Shown in pieces: positions 25,794 to 36,392 of a stretch of 64,000 bases of DNA. The stretch comes from Azolla caroliniana (lineage: Eukaryota > Plantae > Polypodiophyta): positions 10,974,001 to 11,038,000 of the forward strand of contig JBHGNT010000010.1 of assembly GCA_043228905.1 (NCBI GenBank), in the 5' to 3' direction. Every line of letters begins with the position of its first letter. Position 1 is the first letter of the stretch. The notes beneath the pieces are model-generated. The model had not been told where the DNA came from and made no database searches. It was given only the letters and a program-made list of their open reading frames with translations. The translations under genes were made by a program, and so were the position numbers.

Positions 25794-28042
25794 TGTGAGG
25801 AATAATGCAGAATATTGCTCGGTCACAACCGAGTCTTGAACACTTCTTTAAGAATGAAACATAGAAATGGGAAGTGGAGAGTACACAAAGGAAATACACA
25901 GGATGTTTACGTTGTCGTAGTGTAATTCGCACACTACGGGAAAATTGCTTTTTGGTCCCTCCGGATGGAACCAATAAGGAGAACCGGTAAGGAGGACCCG
26001 GTAAGGAGAACCGGATGAAGGAGGAACCAGTAACGAGGACCCGGTAAGGAGAACCGGGTGAAGGAGGAACCCACAAGGAGGACCTGGTAAGGAGACCTAG
26101 TAAGAACCGGATCAAGTAGAACCGGCAAGAGCTGGATAAAGAAGGCCGGTGGGAGTCTCACCGGATGAAGAGACAAATTTGTAAATAGAAGAAAATATTG
26201 TTACATGCATAGGGCAGGATTCGAACCCTGTACCCCCATATAAATAAACCCAAACTTTACCATTGTAATAACTTATCATAAGTGATATATGACTTATATT
26301 TACGCCTACTTTATCAAAAGGCAAATCATGCACTTTTAGAGTGGGTGAAAACTTTATCTAGAAGAAACAAGCAAACAAAAGAAAAGTTACTCATGCATGC
26401 TTAGCGTGCATGAACACTATATTTAGGAAATGGAAAGCATGGTTGAGTGGAGGCAACTCATGCACACCTAGCGTGCATGAACACTTTAGGGAAAGCATGA
26501 TGCTATGCTTAGCCTCTTCCATCACTATATAAGGAAGAGAGAAAGATGTATTTGGTTGTTGATTTTTTTTGTAAGGATTGACCAATATAATATAGTTGTG
26601 GGATTCATGAATTTGTCATCTAAATTGTCTCTTACTATCTAAATATTGATTAAATACACTAAACTCGTGGGATTCACGAATTTGTCATCTAAATTGTCTC
26701 TTACTATCTAAATATTGATTAAATACACTAAACTCATGGGATTCACGAGATTCATAACTTACCTCTCTTTCTACCTATTCATTACTAGCTTTATCTCATA
26801 TTCTTCTTTCTCCTAGTCCAAAACCTCAGTGGTTCTCACCCGACTCACACAACGATCTTGAGCCGAAAGGCACGACACAAGTGGTGAACTCGACGTGAAA
26901 ACCGGGTGGCAAGGAGATGGAAATTCAACCAGAGGCTAACAACATGATGGCGATGTTCGAGCGGATGCTACAAGAACAACGCGCGATGTCGAAGATTGTG
27001 GTGGTAGTAGAGCGGCTCGTGCAACGGAACGGGCAATTCAATGGGAAAGATGTGTCGTAGTATTTGCGAGATTACAAGGTGGAAATGCTACGGTGCGGAA
27101 TTTCAGAAGGATTACAAGTGACATTCTTCAACCGGGTGGCGACCGGCGGTCTTCAAGGGAGTATCCACAGGATACGACAATAGAATCCGACATGGGAAGC
27201 AATTGAAGAGGCCCTAAAGACCACCTTCGCCATCGAGGACTCCTCCAAGGCAACAAGGAGAGGATTCGAAGATTGGGTGGAAACGCCGGACAAGGGGATG
27301 AAGGTCCTCGATGTGTTTTCGGCATTCGGAAGTCGGTTCGGGAGGTTGTCTGCGAGAGATCAAGCTATCCTCGCATCGGACAAAGTGATCATGTTCCTAC
27401 AAGCTGTGGACGTCTGGGACCGGAAAGATCTTGGAGTGCTTCTGGAGGACACAACCACCGAGAGTGGCCTCACCGATACATGGGATAATGTGCGAGATAT
27501 CTTCGCACGATACACAAAGAGGGGGCAATGGCTGGCTAACGAAGAAAAGAGGGTTTCAGAACCGATTCCGAAACCGAGATCCGTATTGGAAGACCATCAA
27601 CCGTGGGCTTGGGAGACTACGACCAAGAAGGGAATCGATGCAACCATGGTGGAGCAGTTGCTGAAGGAGATGGAGAATCTGAAAATCACGATGGTGAAGA
27701 AGTCGAATGACCATCCCACAAGTTCCAAGTATATGGACCGTTGATGCATATGGTGCGATAGCACCGAACACGATCGGAGAGATTGCGACGAGCACAAGGA
27801 GGCGCTACGACGGGATCTTATCTACTACGAGGGAAATCGAATTCATTTGATGGACTCTTGGAAGCCACTTCGACCGAACTTCCGGAAAGGTGACTTGAAG
27901 AAGGTCCTAGAGGAGGAAGTGACGGCAAAAGGTAATTATGCGACAACCGCGGGAATAAGTGTGGGTGAGTCATCGGGAGCAAATGCGTCTTTTTGGCCGG
28001 ATGTGCTAGAAAACCCCGAGAAAACCGACTACAAAGAGATCC
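25794..28042 (+). mobile_element. Gypsy-type element F, 5' part only (LTR 25794-26879, tRNA-Trp PBS 26882-26899, decayed gag from ~26918)
   Basis: TGTG...CACA termini. TGGTGAACTCGACGTGAA matches the complement of the plant tRNA-Trp 3' end at 17/18 (from memory). Gag-like FNGKDVS.YL and C.WCDSTEH....C. 69-bp tandem repeat at 26598-26748. Inserted in B integrase. Confidence 0.8.
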
Positions 28043-28183
28043 TGTCATGATATGGCAAGACTTGAACCCATGACCTTATGCTACATGGGTCGAGCTCTTG
28101 ACAATTAGACCATACATTGTAATACATAGAATATTATTTTCATTTATGTTTTATTATAGAAAATTGATGTATATTCCAGATTT

Positions 28184-28233
28184 CTCTGGAACATTCTAGA
28201 AACTTCAGGAGTATTCCTTAGAACACTATAAAA
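28184..28233 (+). promoter_or_regulatory. Heat-shock element array plus TATA box in G LTR (copy at ~39221-39270)
   Basis: GAAcaTTCtaGAAacTTC at 28189-28206 is four perfect alternating nGAAn units, followed by agGAGtaTTC. TATAAAA at 28227. Confidence 0.75.
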
Positions 28234-28259
28234 GGAGGCACAAGGCATTATTTCGAACC

Positions 28260-28515
28260 AAATCGGTTCAACGCCAGTCTTAAGCCTCCTAGCTACTACT
28301 GTACATTTTCTTCACATAATATATATATCTTTTCTTATCATCACACACAGACACACACACACACACACACACACTCTCTCTCTCTCTCTCTCTTCCTCCC
28401 TCTCACTCACTCTTTCCTTCTCTCGAGAGTTCTTCACCTCTCTTAGTACTAATACTTCTTTTAGTACTAATTCCTTCTCTGTCTTAGTACTGTTCCTGAC
28501 AGTTTGAACCGATTT
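28260..28515 (+). promoter_or_regulatory. Self-priming pair of G: putative transcript 5' end (28260-28271) and complementary PBS (28504-28515)
   Basis: AAATCGGTTCAA / TTGAACCGATTT is an exact 12-nt complement. There is no TGG tRNA-type PBS. Confidence 0.85.
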
Positions 28516-29720
28516 TCTCGTTCTTCCTTCCGTATCTTCCTTTCCTCCTCTTCCTTTTATCTTCTTACTTATCCTCTGATCCTCCATAGTAAAATGGAAA
28601 CTGTTAGCGCTCAGGAATACCAATCTGTTTTCTCGGAGCTCCAGTGCTTAAAAGAGAAATTTGTAGCACTAGAACAAGAAAATCATCGTTTGTTGGGGGA
28701 TCTTCAACAAATAGCGCTAGAAAAACAACAACATGGGGAGCTCACGTTACGTGTACAACAACTCGAAGCAACTATCGTATCATTACAACAACAAGGATCA
28801 AGCACTCAAGGGATTCACAAAGAACCCAAGATCGGTCTTCTTGCGAAATTTGATGGGACCCGATCACAGTTTAGAGGGTTTTTGAATCAGGTACGTTGAG
28901 TGATACAAATGCATCCTTCTCGATATCCCACCGATGCATCACGAGTGGGACTAGTAGGCACTCTCTTTAGTGGCTCAACATTAGCATGGTTTGCTCCATT
29001 GTTGGAAAAGGAATCTCCATTACTAAACAGTTTTGAAGAATTTATAAGTGAGTTTAAGGCCTGTTTTGGAGATACTGATAGCATAAGGACTGCAATCAAC
29101 AAAATCCGACGATTACGCCAAGGTGACCGTCCAACCTCCGCATACGCTTCAGATTTCCGCCTACTCGCTACTGATATCCCTTGGGATGATCACGCATGGA
29201 TGGAGCAATTTTGTTATGGTTTACGCAACGATGTCAAAGATTTACTCTTGACCTTCCCCGAAGAGCCAAAGTCATTAACAGAAGCAATCAGTCGCGCGGT
29301 GACATGCGACAACCGCTTCTTTGAACGACGTTCGGAACGACAATTCCAGATTTCGAGGGCAAGATCAGCGCCTACCTATGCCTCAGTGGTAGTGAAACCT
29401 TTTCTGAGGGAGTCATATAATGCGCCTCCAGTAAGTACTCCAACTCCAATTGAAATTGATACCACACGTCGTCGTGGACCGCTATTGGAAGAAGAAAAGC
29501 AATGACGCCGAGCAAACCAACTATGTCTTTATTGTGGTGGACCAGGGCATATCGTTGTAAACTGTCCCCATAGGCCAAGAAGGCAGGTAAACCAAATAGT
29601 TGCTAGTTCTGATTGTACTAAACCCGAATCTACTTTAGTAGGGATATCTGATAGTCCTAATAGTACTAATAGCCCAAATCTAGCAAACAAATTTGATGTC
29701 CTTAGTCAGTTAGAAGAAGA

Positions 29721-29765
29721 GTTAAACGACTAAGTCCAGCCAAAATAGGAGCTGTTTGGTTGGAC
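29721..29765 (+). promoter_or_regulatory. Putative -1 ribosomal frameshift signal, gag-pol junction of G
   Basis: G TTA AAC, 6-nt spacer, hairpin GTCCAGCCAAA...TTTGGTTGGAC. The protease ORF is in the -1 frame. Confidence 0.75.
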
Positions 29766-30872
29766 AACCCTAGATCTATGCAGCCCATTAGTGGTTCCAT
29801 TCCCTCTAAGCAAGTTAGCAATGTATTCGTTACCCAAGTAACAGTTAGTACTAAAAGTACCCCTCCAGTACATGTCTTAGCACTTCTAGATTCCAGAGCT
29901 AATTCTTGCTTCATGGATAGGAACTTTGCCCAAGCTCATCAAATATCACTCAGAAAACTCTTGTGTCCAGCCTTTGTGGTCGTCCCATTGCTTCCGGAAA
30001 TATCATAGAAGAGTCAGAGCCCGTTAATATTGTCCTAGATAATCTAGCATGTGTAGTATCATTTAATATAATTAGCATCCCAGAACACCCCATTGTTTTA
30101 GGATTACCATGGTTCGAATTACATAACCCATACGTAGATTGGAGAACAAGAGAAATCTGGTATCGAAAAGCTCGAGGATCTACTCATGAGATTGCAACCA
30201 TTTCGCTACATCAGTTGCGGGAAGAAGGACGCAAGGAAGAAATGTTTCTCTTCACAATATCAGTAAAGCCCTCAGACACCATTAAAGAGGAGTCCACCAT
30301 TCAACTTCCAAAGAAGTATCATCATTATGCCGATGTGTTCGATAAAGTACAAGCCAATACGCTTCCTCACCATCGACCATATGATTGCCCCATCGATTTA
30401 CAACCGGGGAAAGAGCCACCATGGGGACCAATCTACAATTTGTCACCAACCGAGCTAGAAGTCCTGCGAGTGTATATAGAGGAGAATTTGGAAAATGGTT
30501 TCATTCGTCATTCGAAATCTCCAGCCGACGCACCCATTTTCTTCGTCAAGAAAAAGGATGGATCACTTTGTCTCATTGTAGATTACCGAGGCTTGAATAA
30601 GGTGACAATCAGAAATAGGTATGCACTTCCCCTTATCTCAAGCCTTTTTGAACGGATCAATGGTGCCAGGTTCTTCACGAAGATCGACTTACGGGGGGAG
30701 CCTATAACCTCGTACGGATCCGACCAAGAGATGAATGGAAGACTGTGTTTCACACCAGATATTGTCAAGACTGAGAGAGAGAAAGAGAGAAAAAGAGATA
30801 GAAAGAGAATTATTATATTGAAGCGTAAAATGGATTACAAAGAGTAGGCTACAAAATGGCTTTGAACCAATT

Positions 30873-31263
30873 TGTTGGGAGACAGGTCCCTCCGGATGGG
30901 AAGGGAGAAGATCAGTGACGATGAACAAACTCGGCCGAAACCGGATGAGGAGTACTCGGCTACGGAGAGCCGGATGGTGCAGACCCGGTATGAACCGGAT
31001 GAGGAGTACCCGGCTACGGAGAGCCGGATGGTGCAGGCCCGGTATGAACCGGATGAGGAGTACCCGGCTACAGAGAACCGGATGGTGCAGGCCCGGTACG
31101 AACCGGAGGAAGAGACATATTCGTAAATATGTTTCTGAGAGCCCATCGTGGCTATATTTGTAAATAGCCGAAAAGTCATATTAGTATAAATATGACTTAG
31201 GGCAAACTAATAGTAGTTGTTGTAAATTTTCTGTATTACATGAGATTTGTGTGCGTAACATTG

Positions 31264-31312
<49 letters not shown>

Positions 31313-31587
31313 GTTGTTGCCTCTGTTGTAACCGCCGGCTGTGGCGAAGAGCGTGAGTCCGAGGTCGTTGCCTCCGTGAACTCACGGTTTTGTACATTCA
31401 TACATAGTGACAGTTTGCAGCCTGTGGGCTGCCGTGGTTTTTTCCCCTAGTTTGGGGTTTTCCACGTAAACCTCCTGTGTACCTTCCTCTCCTTTTGAGT
31501 CGTGTTTTTCGTTTCCTGTTTTCTGTGTATGAAAAGAATCTCGGTTGTGGCCGAGCTTTGTGCATAAGGAGCGTTGAGTTCCCGTCA
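30873..31587 (+). mobile_element. Solo copia LTR (D/K-related family)
   Basis: TGTTGGGA...CCGTCA with TSD CAATT on both sides. Three ~60-bp U3 tandem units. Homologous to the D and K LTRs. Confidence 0.93.
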
Positions 31588-34500
31588 CAATTTAGGTTTG
31601 GGATGGGTGGTAGATCCCTATTTATAAGTAAGAGAGAACACTCTAGAATATTCTAGGTTATCCTAGAATGTAGAGTAATCTAGAAGATCTCTAGAGTATT
31701 CTAGAAGGTTCTAGTGGTATAGAACACTCTAGAATATTCTAGGTCATTCTAGAATGTAGAGTAATATAGAATATTCCTATGATATTAGATTTCATATTCT
31801 AGAGACTATACATATAAGAATATTAATACAATGGTTAAGGATTTGACATGTGTACAACAAGGTCGTGGGTTCAAATCCTTTCGAGTCATAATGTGAGTGT
31901 CATGATCCTTTCGATGCATGATGTGAATGTTATCATGACACTATCCCCCTTATTCGACGACACGTCTCACGGGTCATAGGGTGGTGGGGGTGTCGTAAGT
32001 CAACCCGGAATTGAACTTGTAGTATAAGGTTCCAAAAGGGATACATGAAACACCGGATGAATATGCATGTGCGGAGGGAGGTCAAGACGAAATGCAACAT
32101 CACTTATCTTACCAGTGATCATGTAAGGGCCAAAACGTTGGTAATCCAATTTACTGCAAGGTCGAGTGGTCTTGATGTTGTGTTGGAGAAGCCATACATG
32201 ATCCCCAATGCGGAACTTTTTTGAGGAGTCTAGACGATGACGATCGGCAAGCCTCTTGTGTGTAAATTGAGCATCGTGCAAATTGTGGAGAATGCTAGCT
32301 TGAATTTCTTGGAGGCGACTAAGACGATCCTCGGCAGCAGGGTTGGTAGGAACTTCTGGATGCGCATTCATCGTCCACCGAGGATGACAACCCGTATTTG
32401 CGAAAAATGGGGAATATCCTGTAGAAGAATGGGCTGAGTTGTTGTAAGCGAATTCCGCCAAGTGCAAAAAAGCAACCCAATCATCTTGTTGATAGTTGAT
32501 GAAACAACGAAGATATTGTTCCAATGTCTGGTTGGTACGCTCTGTTTGGCCATTTGTTTTAGGATGATAGCCCGAAGAAAGCTTAACTGAAATGTGGAGA
32601 AGTTTGAACAGGTGCTTCCAAAACTTTGAGATGAATTGTGGACCACAATCACTAATAATATCATCCGGCAGACCATGATGCTTAAATACCTCCCGCATAA
32701 CGAGATCAACCGCCTCTTGACTAGTAACCGACTTTGTACATGGCAAGAAATGTGCCATTTTGGTAAATCGATCAACCACTGTGAGAATTGCATCATAACC
32801 TTTTGAAACTGGGAGATCAGTAATAAAGTCCAAGGATATAGACTTCCAAGGAGTTTCTGGAATGGGAAGTGGTTGTAGTAAGCCATAGGGTCGGTGACGA
32901 GGATTCTTTGATCGACAACATATATCACAACTCCGAACATACTCCTCAACAAAATGACGAAGACGAGGCCACCAATAGCGTCGAGAAATTAATTCTAGAG
33001 TCTTGTGAACTCCAAAGTGACCAACCATTGGTGAGTCATGGCAATGTTGCAAAACTTGTAGCCGTGGGGGACCATCAAGAACATACAATAAATTTTGTCG
33101 AAAAAGAAAACCACCATGCCAATAGAACTGACAATAGTCATTACGAGGATTTTTCGACCGTGAGCAAGAAGCACGATCCGGGACGATATGATCCAAAAGA
33201 TCCATGGAGAAATCATCAGTGGCCATATGATCTCGAATGGAATCAAGAAGAGTGGAATTTTCGAGAGTTGTAATCGATTAGGACCCAAAAGGATTTGTTT
33301 TTGATGCTCAAATGCAGGTTCCCCTGGACGAAGTTCCATATAAGAGCGCCGAGAAAGAGCATCTGCTTTGCCTTGCTGCATCCCAGGGCGATATATGATG
33401 ATAAAATCGAAGTGAGTCAAAAATTGCGCCCACCGGGCTTGTCGCCGACTCAAGACTCGAGCATTTTGGAAATAAGTCAGGTTCTTATGATCATTGTAGA
33501 CAATGATCTGCTGAGAAGAACCTTCTAGGAAATGTCGCCATTGTTGAAACGAATCCACGATTGCAAGAAGCTCTTTGTCATGGATCTCGTAGTTGATCTC
33601 TGCAGCTTCAAACTTTCGTGAATGAAAGGCAACAGGGTGTAGTTGTCCATCATCTCCAGTCCGCGAGAGGACACTCCCTAGTGCAAAATCGAATGCATCG
33701 GCTTCGAGGATGAAGTGTTTTGTTGGGTCGACATGTGCTAAGATAGGTGCCGTTGTAAATGCTCGTTTTAAGCTTTCGAATGCCTCGGCTGCATCTGAAC
33801 TCCATATAAATGGTCGATCTTTATGTGTGAGCTAAGTAAGCGGAAGCACAACCTTGGAATAATCTTTAATAAATTTTCGATAAAAATTTGCAAACCCGAG
33901 AAAACATTGCACATCACGCACTGAAAGGGGCGTTTGCCACTCTAAAATTGCTTGTACCTTCATGGGGTCCATAGCAATACCATTTGACGATACAACATAC
34001 CCCAAAAATTCCACTTGATTCTGGCCGAAACTACACTTTTCTAATTTTGCGTAGAGACCATATTCTTGGAGTCGACGCAATACCTGACGAACATGTTCAT
34101 CATGCTCCTCTTGGGTCTTTGAGTAGATTAAAATATCATCTAGGTAAACTATAGTGAAGATATCAAGAAAATCTCGAAAAATATCGTTCGCCATATGTTG
34201 GAAAACAACAGGTGCATTCGTGAGACCGAATGACATCACTGTATACTCAAAATGTCCATAGCGAGTGCGGAAAGCTGTCTTCCATTCATCCCCCGGGCGA
34301 ATCCGAACTAGATTATATGCTCCGCGAAGGTCCAACTTCGTGAAATATTTTGCACCACTGAGATGTTCCAAAAGATTCGGGATTAATGGTAGAGCATATC
34401 TATTCTGGATAGTCACTTTGTTTAGCCCTCGATAATCCACGACCAACTGAAGAGTCCCATTCTTCTTCTTAACGAAGAAGATAGGTGCACCAGCAGGGGA

Positions 34501-35304
34501 TCTAGAATGCCGAATGAATCCGTTTGCCAGATTCTCACCAATATATTCCCGCAAAGTTTCTAGCTCTACAGGGGAGAGATTATAAATTGGGCCCCATGGA
34601 GGTTCTTTCCCTGGTTGTAAATCAATAGGGCAGTCGTATGGCCGATGCTCCGGCAATGTATTGGCCTTCACCTTATCAAAGACATCTGAAAACTCCTTGT
34701 ATTTCTCTGGTAGTTTAATATCCGCCTCACGTGAAGTGGATGATGGAGTTGCTATTATTGTGAAGACGAACATGGCCTCGTTCCCCCCTTCCTCCCACAA
34801 CTGTCGTAAAGAGATGGGCGATAACTCCGGGGATCTATTATCACATGTAGGAGAGAGGGATGCAGGGTTTGTGCTTTTTTCCCGGGTCTCCTCAATTGTT
34901 CTTTTCATCCAATCAATCTTCGGGTTATGGAGTTCAAACCAGGGGAGACCTAGAACTATTGGGTGTTTCGGACTACGAATAATGTTGAAAGAGATTATGC
35001 TTGCCAAATTGCCAAGAACTATCCTAATTGGCTCGGACTCCTCGACTATATCTCCTGATGCTATGGGACGTCCATCAATGACTCCTACGACTACTGGGCT
35101 GGGAAGCTTATTCAAGAGGATGTTTTGTGACAAGGCAAATTCACGATCCATGAAACAAGAGTTGGCTCCAGAATCTAGAAGGGCAGAGGCTAGGACTCGA
35201 TGACATGCAGATGTGGTAAGCTCAACTTGTGTTGAAAAAACTCGACTCACTTGATTTGATGAAATGGAACCACGACAAGGAACAAACTCTACATAGCTAG
35301 GATG

Positions 35305-35349
35305 GTCCAGCCAAATGGCTCCTATTTTGGCCGGACTTACTCGTTTAAC
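35305..35349 (-). promoter_or_regulatory. Putative -1 ribosomal frameshift signal, gag-pol junction of H
   Basis: G TTA AAC GAG TAA, then GTCCGGCCAAA...TTTGGCTGGAC hairpin. The -1 frame runs open into pol ORF 35250-33832. Confidence 0.78.
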
Positions 35350-36223
35350 ACATTCTCTAATTGACTCAAGACATCGAATCTATTCTCATGGCATGGACTA
35401 TGAGGCTTATTTATGTTATTAGAAGTAACAATAGAACTCGATGTAGGGTTTTCATGGGCACTTACTTGGTATACTTGACGCCTAGGTTTATGTGGACAAT
35501 TTACAACTATATGTCCTGGACCGCCACAATACAGGCAGAGGCGATGCGCTCGGTTGAAATCCTCCAGCAATGGTGATTTCTTCTTGAGAAGTGGTGTGAA
35601 CCATGCTAACGCCGTACTGCATAGCAAAGTTCCCACTAATCCCACACGAGCAACATCAGTTGGATACCGATTGGGATGTAGCTGAATAACTAGACGAACT
35701 TGATTCAAAAAGCCTCGAAATAAAGACCTCGTACCATCAAACTTGGCAGGGAGGCTGATCTTTGGCTCTCTAGGGGAGTTCTGAGCCCCCGACGCTTGCT
35801 CACGTAATGACAATATAGTCGCCTCGAGTTGATGAACCCGCTGTGATAACTCTTCATATTGTTGAGCTTTTTCGGCGCTCACGTGTTGTAGATCTCCAAG
35901 TAGCCTTTGATTCTCATGCTCTAATGCCACAAATTTATTCGTGAGCATGTCGAGCTCAGAAAGAACACGCATGTATTCTTGTTTGCTCACGGACTCCATA
36001 GCTTACGAGAGGAGAGGAGAAGGAAGAAGAGAACTTGTTAGGATTTGTGGAAGACGAAGAGATGAAAGGAAAAAAATTGGTTCAAACTGTCAAGACTGAG
36101 AGAGAGAAAGAGAGAAAAAGAGATTGAAAGAGAATTATTATATTGAAGCGTAAACTGGATTACAAAGAGTAGGCTACAAAATGGCGTTGAACCAATTTAG
36201 GTTTGGGATGGGTGGTAGATCCC

Positions 36224-36392
36224 TATTTATAAGTAATAGAGAACACTCTAGAATATTCTAGGTTATCCTAGAATGTAGAGTAATCTAGAAGATCTCTAGA
36301 GTATTCTAGAAGGTTCTAGTGGTATAGAACACTCTAGAATATTCTAGGTCATTCTAGAATGTAGAGTAATATAGAATATTCCTATGATATTA
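36224..36392 (-). promoter_or_regulatory. TATA box plus heat-shock element cluster in H 5' LTR (copy at ~31619-31787)
   Basis: TTCtaGAAggTTC at 36304-36316 and repeated GAAcaCTCtaGAAtaTTC in an 86-bp duplication. TATAAATA at 36231-36224. Confidence 0.72.

Noticed and set aside
28051-28120. Functional tRNA gene
   Set aside because: Acceptor and anticodon stems do not pair convincingly. It is reported only as a tRNA-like module.
30835-31179. Repetitive ORFs in the solo LTR (YEPDEEYPATESRMVQ repeats)
   Set aside because: By-product of 60-bp U3 tandem repeats. The frames are not conserved in the D and K LTRs.
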